Virus record (IMG/VR): IMGVR_UViG_3300007169_000667
Span: 1-64,000 of that record
DNA from: a virus
Lineage: Duplodnaviria > Caudoviricetes
Direction: 5' to 3' (one strand)
DNA: 64,000 nt
Below the pieces are notes generated by a model. It saw only the letters and a list, made by a program, of their open reading frames with translations, made no database searches and was not told where the DNA came from. Positions within the stretch are counted from its first letter, which is position 1. Each line of letters begins with the position of its first letter. The translations under genes were made by a program, and so were the position numbers. Below are positions 7,895 through 17,118 of the stretch, in pieces.

Positions 7895-8219
7895 AACTGC
7901 AGTCTTAGATTTCTTGTACGTTGATTTATTCTCAGGGTGGCTATTCTTCCAGGCTAAGATTGTCAATGTTACTTACTGTTTTAGATTATAGTAAAGCCGT
8001 TTTTACGCCCAAATAGCTTAAATTAAGCTAAGTCTCTGTTCTGTCCACTTATTGCCTACGGTCTATTAGTTGTAGGTCAGAGTACTTTACATTTCACTAG
8101 AACATTTTGACACTATCGGAGAAAACCAATTTCGCCTCAAGGGCTACTCTCACAATCCGACTTCTAGCAGGTTACCATCTCATCCTCACCTACGAACACT
8201 TATGCAGTGGTGTCAAATG
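7895..8219 (-). ncRNA. Candidate large structured non-coding RNA (about 320 nt), family not recognised
   Basis: ORF-free, relatively GC-richer gap with nested complementary segments 8103-8113/8210-8219, 8197-8200/8206-8209, 8143-8146/8165-8168, 8034-8038/8078-8082 enclosing 8055-8059/8072-8076, palindrome 8014-8030, and 7899-7908/7954-7963; promoter-like TATATTCG at 8227-8220. Confidence 0.5.
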
Positions 8220-8276
8220 CGAATATACTGTTGTTTGTGAGTAAGCAGTCTGCTCTGTGGATTGAATGTTAATATT

Positions 8277-8549
8277 TTATAGTCCTGCAGCTGATTGACC
8301 TGTAAGATAATCAGTTTGTTGCATAGGACTGTCGGTATCCATTAGAGAGTCTAAAGCATATTCGATATACTCCCACAACATCTCTTCCGTATACTTTTTT
8401 CTATAGGTAAAATCCTTGAATCCCTGATAAAGGGCATCTTTAAATCCTCCTATGTCTCCTGCAAGCTTTATGTCTTCGTCTTGCAAAGCCAACAAGAAGA
8501 TGTCAAATACTTCTTGGGAAGTTGGTTTTTTAATTTTTTCCATCGACAT
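8277..8549 (-). CDS. Hypothetical acidic protein (90 aa)
   Basis: Open frame with promoter box at 8568-8575. Confidence 0.7.
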   Translation of the reverse strand: MSMEKIKKPTSQEVFDIFLLALQDEDIKLAGDIGGFKDALYQGFKDFTYRKKYTEEMLWEYIEYALDSLMDTDSPMQQTDYLTGQSAAGL

Positions 8550-8567
8550 AGTAGTATTGTTCTAACA

Positions 8568-8575
8568 CAAATATA
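8568..8575 (-). promoter_or_regulatory. -7 promoter box TATATTTG
   Basis: TAnnTTTG 18 nt upstream of the ATG at 8549; divergent from the 8707 promoter. Confidence 0.55.
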
Positions 8576-8706
8576 GTTTTAAATAATTTTTTGTCCATAG
8601 TCGGGGTGTAATACTTATCCTCAATTAAAATAATTATTTAGATTAAGATTCTAGCTAATACGTATAATATCAGATGTTACACTACTGTCTAGACTTAACA
8701 TTTAAC

Positions 8707-8736
8707 TTGACTTTTTTTGTTAGTATAGTATATTTG
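8707..8736 (+). promoter_or_regulatory. Bacteroidota-type promoter of the packaging operon
   Basis: TTGACT, 19-nt spacer, TATATTTG; leader aaccaaaccaaccaaaaaca before the ATG at 8771. Confidence 0.8.
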
Positions 8737-8770
8737 TTTAAGGAAAAATAAACCAAACCAACCAAAAACA

Positions 8771-9118
8771 ATGAAAGTAGCACGTAAATATGAAGAAGGA
8801 GTAAAGTTGCATCAGGCCTACATTGATGTACTACTCAGACTTGCAGGTTACAGATTATCAGATCTATACACCAGTATCCTAGCCCACAGTTCATACTACG
8901 GTACTTTAGACAAAGAAGTAAAAGAAAAGATCTCTAGTGAGTTTAACACATCCATACAAGTAATTTCTAACGGAATTACTAAACTAAGAAAGATGGGTAT
9001 CTTAGAAAAGAATACAGTCAATAGACGATTGTGTCCTACTAGCAAGCAAGGTGTTACTCTCACTTTAGTTCTTTCTACTCTAGTTTCTGAAGAAAACAAA
9101 CAAGTTGCAACTGCATGA
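8771..9118 (+). CDS. Winged helix-turn-helix DNA-binding protein
   Basis: KEKISSEFNTSIQVISNGITKLRKMGILEK is an HTH recognition helix plus wing pattern. Confidence 0.65.
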   Translation: MKVARKYEEGVKLHQAYIDVLLRLAGYRLSDLYTSILAHSSYYGTLDKEVKEKISSEFNTSIQVISNGITKLRKMGILEKNTVNRRLCPTSKQGVTLTLVLSTLVSEENKQVATA

Positions 9119-9657
9119 CCTCAATAAAAGATAAGTACGATAGTATTCAAATCAAGACTTATGCAGTGTACTCAGATGTTGCTAAGGAACTTGGTATGAC
9201 TATAGACCAAGTAAGTACTGTCTACGAGTGGTACCTAAAGAACACCATTGAGGAGATTAAAGAGTTACCTACTGTAAAAGTAAGATTATCTGGTCTAGGA
9301 GTATTAATATTTAATCCTGCAAAGGCATCTAAGTTAGTAGCCTCTAAGATTAAGTCAGAAACCTTGCTTACACTAGAGCCAAGAGAAGACTTAACAGCAC
9401 TCAGAGGATACACTAACTACTACATGATAGAGGACTGGATAAGATTGTTTGAAGAGAGATACGAGAGAGGAAAGGCTAAGAAACTTTATAGACCTAATCA
9501 AGTAAGTCTTTTTGACTACAGTTTAAATCAGATGAAAGAAAACCACAAGAAATTATATGAATCCTTACAAAGAGTACATGGCCCTGAGCCTGAAGGGGTT
9601 AAAGAATCTAGACAAAGTACTGGAGGGAGTAGCAACGAAGACAGCCAACCAGTTTAA
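9115..9657 (+). CDS. HU/IHF-like DNA-binding protein
   Basis: VAKELGMT...V..VY...IEEI...VRLSGLG-x-L-x-F matches the HU/IHF fold; crAss-like phages carry such genes near the packaging module. Confidence 0.65.
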   Translation: MTSIKDKYDSIQIKTYAVYSDVAKELGMTIDQVSTVYEWYLKNTIEEIKELPTVKVRLSGLGVLIFNPAKASKLVASKIKSETLLTLEPREDLTALRGYTNYYMIEDWIRLFEERYERGKAKKLYRPNQVSLFDYSLNQMKENHKKLYESLQRVHGPEPEGVKESRQSTGGSSNEDSQPV

Positions 9658-9931
9658 GTTACTGAGCAATGAAAAACAGGACATTATCGCAGACAGAATG
9701 GACATTTGTATCTCTTGTCCCTACAATTCGAGAAACGCAGTATCTTCCCCCGAGTATCTACAACTTACGGGCAAGCACTACAGCACTAACAGAGACGACC
9801 TTCACTGTTCATTTTGTGGATGCGTCTGTACCTACAAAACAGCATCTCTATCTTCGAATTGTGGAATAGAGACTTGGAACGCAGAACACCCTTTACATAA
9901 AATAGAACTAAAATGGAAAAGCGAAAATTAA
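9557..9931 (+). CDS. Cys-rich putative zinc-binding protein
   Basis: R-x-x-IC-x-x-CP...C-x-x-CGC-x-C-x-x-KT...C; alternative start at 9578. Confidence 0.7.
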   Translation: MNPYKEYMALSLKGLKNLDKVLEGVATKTANQFKLLSNEKQDIIADRMDICISCPYNSRNAVSSPEYLQLTGKHYSTNRDDLHCSFCGCVCTYKTASLSSNCGIETWNAEHPLHKIELKWKSEN

Positions 9932-10044
9932 CTAAATTAACAATTAAGAATGGATGTGACAAACGTCCTGGAAGCAAGTGTGGAGTTCAAGTATACTTCC
10001 TTCCCGCAGACAAACCTTTAGTACAGGTTTCTTCTAAAAAATAA
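9913..10044 (+). CDS. Small basic protein below the ORF-track cutoff (43 aa)
   Basis: MEKRKLTKLTIKNGCDKRPGSKCGVQVYFLPADKPLVQVSSKK exactly fills the gap between 9931 and 10046. Confidence 0.5.
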   Translation: MEKRKLTKLTIKNGCDKRPGSKCGVQVYFLPADKPLVQVSSKK

Positions 10045-10045
10045 G

Positions 10046-10252
10046 ATGATGGACAACCAACCAAATACCAGTCAGCCTTATGTACATGAGACCTTACAGG
10101 ATAACTTATTTGAAACATTTAAGATATTTTGGAAAGCAGGATACTCATACGGTAAGACAGGCAGAGATGAAGACTTCTACGCACGTGTGCTAGAAGATAT
10201 CATGAACATGAATCAAACAGACTTTCTAAAGAAGTACACAAATGGCAAGTAA
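10046..10252 (+). CDS. Hypothetical protein (68 aa)
   Basis: Tightly packed in the operon; overlaps the next start. Confidence 0.65.
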   Translation: MMDNQPNTSQPYVHETLQDNLFETFKIFWKAGYSYGKTGRDEDFYARVLEDIMNMNQTDFLKKYTNGK

Positions 10253-10559
10253 AAAACAATCCTATATCTCCGCAGAACTTGAGTGGGCAGAACAACGGCT
10301 TACTGAGTGGAGAGCATATATTGATGACAATCCTATCAATGGTCTTAAGGATCGTATTGAGTGGAAACCAACAGCCAAAGGAGGAACTATGCCTATGGTT
10401 ATTGCTAGTCAAGAATCACAAATCAAATCTCTTAGAGATACTATGAAAGAATACTTAGCCCTTTTAGAAGTAGTAGATCGTCTTAGAGAGAAAGAAGAAC
10501 AGAAAGCAGAAGCTCGTGGATCTCAAGAGATCAATGGGAAGATGAAACAATTTAGTTAA
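10242..10559 (+). CDS. Putative terminase small subunit
   Basis: Helical 105-aa protein immediately upstream of terL with a KAEARG C-terminal tail; assignment mainly by position. Confidence 0.5.
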   Translation: MASKKQSYISAELEWAEQRLTEWRAYIDDNPINGLKDRIEWKPTAKGGTMPMVIASQESQIKSLRDTMKEYLALLEVVDRLREKEEQKAEARGSQEINGKMKQFS

Positions 10560-10561
10560 TT

Positions 10562-12571
10562 ATGTATCCTAATCTAAATAGTCCTGAATTCCTAATCAAT
10601 GTAAAGAATCTCCCTGACACAGACTCAGAGGAGTATACTGCATTTTGGGAGAACGAGGATAGGAAGATTACTGAGGGTGTGACTATTAACGGATTTTATT
10701 TTTCTCCTTTTATTTACTGGCACTTAAACTACTGGTCTATCTACATAGATACAATGATAGGTAAGCGTCAAGTTCGTAAGCTAGACAAACCTCAACTGTG
10801 GGACACTTACTTGGCTGTAGATGAAACTATTCATAAAGCTGAGAATCACGAGGACGGAAAGAAAGGAGTTGTAATGGTAGGATCTCGTCGTATCTCTAAG
10901 TCAGTTTTGACTTCCTCTTATATGGCCCACAAAGCTATCACACAGAAGGGATCGGATAATCTTATTTCAGCTCTTAACCAACCTGACTTAAAAGTAATTA
11001 CAGACTACGTAGACTTAGGTCTTAGAAACTTACCTGACTACTTTAGATTTCCTCGTATCGAAGATGACTGGAAGAAGCAGGTTACTTTAGGTTTTAAAGA
11101 CAAAAAGACTAACGCTAGAAATGAGTGGTCTAAGTTCCACGTACGAAACTTTGACGAAGGCAACAATACGGAAGCAGCTGCAGGTCTTACTCTTTCTTCT
11201 TTTCTTTTGGAAGAAGGAGGAAAAGGAAAGATCCTTAGTTGTTTAGCGGCAACTACTCCGTGTTTTGACAGTCCTTATGGTTGGCGTTGTTCTCCTTTTG
11301 TGATCGGAACTTCGGGAGATATGAGTAAAGCTGCTGACCTAGAAGAACTTTTCAATAATCCCGAGGCTTATAATTTTCTTCCTGTTGAAGCAAATGAAAC
11401 AGGTAAAAGTTATGGACTATTTATTCCAGGAACTAAGTCTTTGAAAGTTCCTAAAGAAGAAAAGTCTTTAGGACTGCACTTAGGCAAAGAAGAGGCTTCA
11501 GAGTTAGACTTAATTAAGATCTGGGTAGCAGATGAGGAAAAAGGTAAAGAGCTTATCTTAAAGTCTAGGGAACAGATTAAAAAATCTAGTGGTCTTGAGA
11601 CTTACCTTAAGGAAGTAATGTACTATCCTCTCACGCATGAGGAGTGTTTCTTAGAGCTTTCTCAAAACATCTTCCCAGTAGACTTGCTTCAAGAACAACT
11701 ACAAAAGTTAACAGCTCAAGAGATTGTTGCTGATAACGTAGAACTCTACATAACTTCTGATGGATCTGTAAGACATAAGTTTACAGATAAAAAAGCTGTT
11801 ACGAACTTCCCAGTTAAACCAACAGACGATATTGAGGGTTGTATTCAGATTTGGGAATATCCTGTCTCAGATGCTCCCTATGGGCTTTATACAGCAGGAA
11901 CGGACCCATATAAACAATCTCAAGCACACTACTCAACTTCTTTGGGTTCAACTTATATCTACAAACGAGTACATAACCTTAACGGAGAGGGATGGCAGAA
12001 TATGGTAGTAGCCTGTTACACAGGTCGTCCTAAGAAAATTGAGACTTGGTATGAGAATACTAAGATGCTTCTTAAGTACTACAATGCTAAGACTCTTTGC
12101 GAGAACATGGACTACGGTTTTATCCAACACTGTGTAGATAAGAATGAGTCTCCTAGAGTACTTGAAAGAACTCCTAAGTTTTTGAATGATATTCACCCTA
12201 ACTCTACAGTTAACCGTGACTATGGTATTCACATGACTAAGGACATTAAGAGCTATCTAATGTCTTTGATTATCGAGTACATTACCGAAGTAGTAGATGT
12301 CGAGAGAGACGCTGAAGGAAATATTACAAAAGAACGCTTAGGTGTAACAAGGATTCTAGACCCTGTCTTGATTAAGGAATTAATTAAGTTCACTCCTAAG
12401 TTAAACGTTGACCGAGTAATCTCTTTTGGCCTTACTTTAGCTATGGCTAAGTCTTTAAATACTCAAGTCATTATCTCTAATACAAATGATGACAACAGAA
12501 TTAATGCATACTTTAGAGAAAGAAAAGGCAACTCTTTATTCCGTACAACCTCTTCTCCCTTTAGATACTAA
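10562..12571 (+). CDS. terL: Terminase large subunit
   Basis: Walker A-like GSRRISKS, Walker B FLLEEGG, coupling motif GTSG, RuvC-like TAGTDPY, C-terminal N-x-DRV-x-SFG. Confidence 0.92.
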   Translation: MYPNLNSPEFLINVKNLPDTDSEEYTAFWENEDRKITEGVTINGFYFSPFIYWHLNYWSIYIDTMIGKRQVRKLDKPQLWDTYLAVDETIHKAENHEDGKKGVVMVGSRRISKSVLTSSYMAHKAITQKGSDNLISALNQPDLKVITDYVDLGLRNLPDYFRFPRIEDDWKKQVTLGFKDKKTNARNEWSKFHVRNFDEGNNTEAAAGLTLSSFLLEEGGKGKILSCLAATTPCFDSPYGWRCSPFVIGTSGDMSKAADLEELFNNPEAYNFLPVEANETGKSYGLFIPGTKSLKVPKEEKSLGLHLGKEEASELDLIKIWVADEEKGKELILKSREQIKKSSGLETYLKEVMYYPLTHEECFLELSQNIFPVDLLQEQLQKLTAQEIVADNVELYITSDGSVRHKFTDKKAVTNFPVKPTDDIEGCIQIWEYPVSDAPYGLYTAGTDPYKQSQAHYSTSLGSTYIYKRVHNLNGEGWQNMVVACYTGRPKKIETWYENTKMLLKYYNAKTLCENMDYGFIQHCVDKNESPRVLERTPKFLNDIHPNSTVNRDYGIHMTKDIKSYLMSLIIEYITEVVDVERDAEGNITKERLGVTRILDPVLIKELIKFTPKLNVDRVISFGLTLAMAKSLNTQVIISNTNDDNRINAYFRERKGNSLFRTTSSPFRY

Positions 12572-12595
12572 TAACTAAAACTAAATAAAAATAAA

Positions 12596-15037
12596 ATGAT
12601 CATTGAAGCACTTAAAGAGTACACTGATCCAGTCAATCACGCCTACTTCTACCCTGAGCAATTTATTAGCTTAAGTGAGAAGCAGAAAGAACAATGGATC
12701 AAAGGTACCATGGATTACTTTGCTAACATTGCGTTTGCACAGTACAGGCAGAATATAAACTTTAGGAAGAACTACCGTTTGCTAAATGGTGAGTTTAACT
12801 TTGCTGACTACACAAACGTTCCTCAAATGCAGGAGTTGATTAGCTATCTAAATGATACTCCTGATCAAGATCCAGATGTTCCTCAGCATTTAAAGCACTA
12901 TCCTATTGTAAACCCTCCCATCAACCAATTGAAGGGAGAGTTGATTAACCGTCCTCACAAGTACAAGGTTAAGGCAGTAGATGATGAAGCAGTAAACGAA
13001 ACCATTGACTTTCGTACAGAACTGATTAAGGATCACTTTCTAAAAAAGTTACAAGCTCAGTTAGAAGGTCAGCCTGTAGATCCAGAGCAAGAAGCTCAAA
13101 TGCAACAAGAAATCCAAAACAAAATTTTGGATTATACTTCAGTTGCAGAAGAGTGGGGTAATAAGACTTTGAATGCTCTTAAGTATCACTTTAACTTTAG
13201 AGAGAAGTCTCAGCAGTCTTTCTTAGACTTCTTGGTTACTGGTAAAGAGTTCCATCACTTTTACCCTGATAATTCTCGCTTAGGGTTTAACTACAAAACA
13301 GAAAACCCATCTAATGTATGGTACTTAGCTAATCGTAATGCTCAGTATACTTCTGATTGTTGGGCTTTAGGTTTGATTGAAGTTCTTTCTATGACAGAGA
13401 TTGTAGATCGTTATAATCTTACAGGAGAAGAAGTAGAGCACTTGAAGAATCGTTCTCTGCAGAATCTTCGTAATAACGAATACTCTCCAATGGCTCCTGC
13501 TCTGCCAGATCCTAACGATCCTTTGTGGCAGTTGACATTTGAGAACGTAGGTGACTTTGCTAACGGAGGTATTGACCACAACGTATTCTCATTCAACTCT
13601 CAGCATGCCTACACCGTAATTACAGCTTACTGGCAGTCTAAGAAACGTATCTTTAAACGTACTTACTTAGATGAGGATGGATTCCAACAAGAAATGTTTG
13701 TATCTGAGGACTACAAGATGGATAAAACCTTAGGTGATGTTTCTCTTGAAGAAATTTGGATTAATGAGTGGTGGAGAGGTATTAAGATCGGTGCAGACAT
13801 TTACGTATGTGTAGAGCCTTTAGAGTTTACTCAAAATGCACCTATTGTAGGAATCATTAACACTTCTAGAAATACTCAAGGTAAATCTCTTTTAGATCTG
13901 TTGAAGCCATACCAAGTTCTTTACAACATCTGTATGAACCAGTTGTGGGAGTTGCTTGAGAAAGAGATTGGGGTAGTATTCTTGGGAGACTTAAAAGTGG
14001 TTCCTAAGAAAGACTCTCAAGATCCTATTGAGACAATGCTTTGGAATGCTAAGAACAGAGGAACTCTTTTGATTGATACTTCTATTGAGAATACAGGAGG
14101 AGCTGTACAGTTTAACCAATTCTCTCGTATTGATCTTACTCGTTCTCAAGAAATCCAAGCACGTATTCAGTTAGCACAGCAGCTTCGCTTAGAGGCTTAT
14201 GAGTTGGTAGGTATTACTCGTCAACGTTTAGGTAATGCACAAGCATCAGAAACTGCTACAGCAGCTAACAATGCTTTGATTCAATCCTTTGCTCAAACAG
14301 AAACTTGGTTTGCTTGGCACGATAACATCTTACAGAAAGTTTATCAGACTATCTTGGATATGGCTCAGTACATTGAGTTACAGAAACCTACATCTACTTT
14401 AAATTACTTAAATAATGAACTAGAAACTGTATTCTTACAAGTGTCTAAAAATGAATTACTCCATGAGTTATTTGTATTTGTTTCTTCTTATGCAGAAGAC
14501 AAAGTAACCTTAGAACAGTTAAAGCAGTTGGCTCAACCTGCAATGCAGAATGGGGCAGAGCTTTCTGAGATGGTAGACTTGTTTACTGCTAACTCTGAGA
14601 GAAGCTTACGTAAGACTCTAGCAGATGTACAGAATCGTAAGGAAGCCATCCGTCAACAAGAACAAGCGCTTAAGCAACAACAGTTGGAGCAACAACAAGC
14701 ACAGTTTGAACAGAAGATGCAGATGGAAGCTGCTCAGAAAGCAGAAGAAGCTAGAAGAGATGATATGAACAAACAACTTGATCGTGAGAATAGATTGCAA
14801 GTAGTTCAACTTCAAGGTATTGCTAACGAAGGTTCTTACAATCCAGATGTAGATACTACTGGTCTTCTTATTCAACAAACTAAAATAGCTCAAGATATCT
14901 CCAAACAAACTTTTGAAAAAGTAACTAAGAATAAAGAGTTAAGTCTGAAAGAAAAAGAGCTAGCGTTGAAAGAAAAAGACATAGATACTAAACTTAAGAT
15001 AGCTACAGTTAATCGTAACAAGTATTCTAAAGAGTGA
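12596..15037 (+). CDS. Portal protein (crAss-like)
   Basis: 813 aa directly after terL; HYPI-x-x-P-x-x-N-x-L-x-GE and KG-x-KIG motifs; long C-terminal Q/E coiled-coil barrel. Confidence 0.88.
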   Translation: MIIEALKEYTDPVNHAYFYPEQFISLSEKQKEQWIKGTMDYFANIAFAQYRQNINFRKNYRLLNGEFNFADYTNVPQMQELISYLNDTPDQDPDVPQHLKHYPIVNPPINQLKGELINRPHKYKVKAVDDEAVNETIDFRTELIKDHFLKKLQAQLEGQPVDPEQEAQMQQEIQNKILDYTSVAEEWGNKTLNALKYHFNFREKSQQSFLDFLVTGKEFHHFYPDNSRLGFNYKTENPSNVWYLANRNAQYTSDCWALGLIEVLSMTEIVDRYNLTGEEVEHLKNRSLQNLRNNEYSPMAPALPDPNDPLWQLTFENVGDFANGGIDHNVFSFNSQHAYTVITAYWQSKKRIFKRTYLDEDGFQQEMFVSEDYKMDKTLGDVSLEEIWINEWWRGIKIGADIYVCVEPLEFTQNAPIVGIINTSRNTQGKSLLDLLKPYQVLYNICMNQLWELLEKEIGVVFLGDLKVVPKKDSQDPIETMLWNAKNRGTLLIDTSIENTGGAVQFNQFSRIDLTRSQEIQARIQLAQQLRLEAYELVGITRQRLGNAQASETATAANNALIQSFAQTETWFAWHDNILQKVYQTILDMAQYIELQKPTSTLNYLNNELETVFLQVSKNELLHELFVFVSSYAEDKVTLEQLKQLAQPAMQNGAELSEMVDLFTANSERSLRKTLADVQNRKEAIRQQEQALKQQQLEQQQAQFEQKMQMEAAQKAEEARRDDMNKQLDRENRLQVVQLQGIANEGSYNPDVDTTGLLIQQTKIAQDISKQTFEKVTKNKELSLKEKELALKEKDIDTKLKIATVNRNKYSKE

Positions 15038-15771
15038 AACTAGGTTACATTTATACATTGTCTGATCCACGTACTAACCAAATTAGGTATGTGGGTCAGA
15101 CTATTAACTCCCCGTCAAAAAGACTTGCTCAGCACTTACACCAAGAAGCTAGAACAGTTGGAAAATTAACTTATGTAAATTCTTGGATAAGAAATCTTAA
15201 ACTTCATAATTTTAAACCTATCTTAAATGTATTGGAACAGTGCGCATTAGAAAACCTAGATGAAAGAGAAATTCATTATATACGAGAGTATAGAAAAACA
15301 TGTAATCTATGCAATCATGCCCTAGGAGGTCAAGGCAATAGGGGCCACAAACTTAGTAAGGAGTCTATAGACAAAAGAAACTTGACTCTTAAAACCTCAG
15401 AGTTATGGGCTAAGAAATGTAAAGAACACTCTTTACTTATGAAATCTTTGCATTCTACCAAGACTATAAGTTTTGGATATGGACATATATCAAAGGAAAA
15501 GCGTGTAGAAATCGGACGTAAACATTCCGAGAAAATGAAGGAATTAAATAAAAATAATCCAAACCTTCTTAAATCTCGTGTGAATGCAGTCATTATTCCT
15601 GTATGTCTACTAGATTTTAATAGGAGTGTTATAAAAGTTTACAAATCTGCTTCAGCAGCTGCTAAAGATTGTAAAATAAAAGATGCTACCCACATTACAA
15701 GGGTATGTAAAAGGAAAGCAAAACAAACTCACGGACTAATATTTGCCTACTTAAGAGATGTATTACTGTAA
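15034..15771 (+). CDS. Free-standing GIY-YIG homing endonuclease with NUMOD-type DNA-binding modules
   Basis: GYIYTL-x-DPR...RYVGQT...R...H, E in EREIHYI, GG-x-G linker, C-terminal YKSASAAAK...HITRVCKRK...G-x-x-FAY (NUMOD1-like); GTG start overlaps the portal TGA. Confidence 0.85.
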   Translation: MKLGYIYTLSDPRTNQIRYVGQTINSPSKRLAQHLHQEARTVGKLTYVNSWIRNLKLHNFKPILNVLEQCALENLDEREIHYIREYRKTCNLCNHALGGQGNRGHKLSKESIDKRNLTLKTSELWAKKCKEHSLLMKSLHSTKTISFGYGHISKEKRVEIGRKHSEKMKELNKNNPNLLKSRVNAVIIPVCLLDFNRSVIKVYKSASAAAKDCKIKDATHITRVCKRKAKQTHGLIFAYLRDVLL

Positions 15772-15825
15772 AAATAAATACGATAACGGCACTAAAAAGA
15801 AATAAATTTACTAAAAAATAGGTGT

Positions 15826-15862
15826 AAAATGGGGGACAAAATAACCAAAAATCCCCCATTTT
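15826..15862 (+). terminator. Hairpin after the endonuclease gene
   Basis: Perfect 11-bp IR aaaatggggga / tcccccatttt. Confidence 0.6.
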
Positions 15863-15902
15863 TAACTTATTAATCATATAGTATCATTAGTGAATTAATC
15901 TC

Positions 15903-15932
15903 TTGTGTTAATTTTTTAAAATATTACTTTTG
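15903..15932 (+). promoter_or_regulatory. Bacteroidota-type promoter of the capsid operon
   Basis: TTG, 19 nt, TACTTTTG. Confidence 0.7.
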
Positions 15933-15952
15933 AATTAAACCAAACTAACCTT

Positions 15953-17095
15953 ATGACAACCAATAGTCCATTGGAGAACTTAGAGTTCTTTGACAGTTTT
16001 TCCGTAGATGATCCACTAGATTTGGATACCCCTACACCAGATCCCAATGCCAATATCAAACCTGATATTTTAGGCGGAGAAGACTTTGATCCTCTTGAAG
16101 AAGAGGAAGAAGAGATCCCAATTCCTAAACCTAAAGATACTCCTCCAGCTCCTGCACCTGATGATGAAGAAGAGGAGGAAGAAGAGGAAGAGGAAGTTGA
16201 CCTAGAAGGAGACGACGAAGAAGAAGAAAACTACTTCGAAGTATTTGGTAAAGGACTTGTTAAAGCAGGAATGCTTAACGTAGAAGAGGGAGAAGAGATT
16301 GAGTGGAATGAGCAAACATTTTTAGCTAAGATGAACGAGACTATCGAAGATAGAGCTTGGAGTCAGTTAGAAGAACTTGCTACAGAAACTTACGGAGAAG
16401 CAGGAGTACAGATGATCGAAGACATCTTTATTAATAAAGTTCCTGTACAAGAGTACTTACAAATGTTCTCAAACGAACAAGTAGTTGAGAATGTAGATTT
16501 GTCCTCTGAAGGAAACCAAGAACGAGTGTTCCGCTTATACTTGGCTAAGACAGGAATGGATGAAGATGAAATCGAAGATCAGTTGAACTATGCTAGAGAC
16601 AACGATCGCTTAGAAGCCTATGCACAGAAATACCAAGTTAAATTGGTAGAGAAGATGCAACAGGAAAGAGCAGCACTTGCACAAGAAAGTGAAGCTCGAG
16701 TACAGGCTATGAGACAGAAAGAAGAAGAAAGAGAGCAGTTGTATGCTGACGTTTTAGATGGAGCAATTGCTTCAGGTTCTATTGAAGGTTACCCCATCAA
16801 TGAGCAATCAGCTACAGAGTTGTTTGACTTTGTTCTATCTAAGCCTCACGTTCTTCCAAACGGACAACGTATTAGTGACTTTGAATATAAGTTAGCTAAG
16901 ATGCGTCAGGAAGATCCTTCTAAGTTTTTAGCAGTAGCTAGACTAGTTCAGAATGATTTAGATCTTACTCCAGTAAAGAGGAAAGCTGTAACAGAGGAAA
17001 CCAATTCTTTGTTCAACGACCTCAAAACCAAAAGCAAGAAATCAGGAAAAGCTGCAAAGTCGAATGACGATCTCTTTTCTAGATACTTTAAATAA
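15953..17095 (+). CDS. Capsid scaffolding protein
   Basis: Highly acidic with poly-Glu tracts and coiled coil; lies between portal and major capsid genes. Confidence 0.75.
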   Translation: MTTNSPLENLEFFDSFSVDDPLDLDTPTPDPNANIKPDILGGEDFDPLEEEEEEIPIPKPKDTPPAPAPDDEEEEEEEEEEVDLEGDDEEEENYFEVFGKGLVKAGMLNVEEGEEIEWNEQTFLAKMNETIEDRAWSQLEELATETYGEAGVQMIEDIFINKVPVQEYLQMFSNEQVVENVDLSSEGNQERVFRLYLAKTGMDEDEIEDQLNYARDNDRLEAYAQKYQVKLVEKMQQERAALAQESEARVQAMRQKEEEREQLYADVLDGAIASGSIEGYPINEQSATELFDFVLSKPHVLPNGQRISDFEYKLAKMRQEDPSKFLAVARLVQNDLDLTPVKRKAVTEETNSLFNDLKTKSKKSGKAAKSNDDLFSRYFK

Positions 17096-17118
17096 AACAA
17101 AAACAAAAATAAATTACT

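Noticed and set aside
15852-15866. Similarity of ccccca-tttt-aac at 317-329 and 15853-15866
   Set aside because: Short, low-complexity match in different structural contexts; likely coincidence
16095-16230. GAA/GAG trinucleotide-like repeats
   Set aside because: Encode poly-Glu tracts of the acidic scaffold protein; not a separate repeat element
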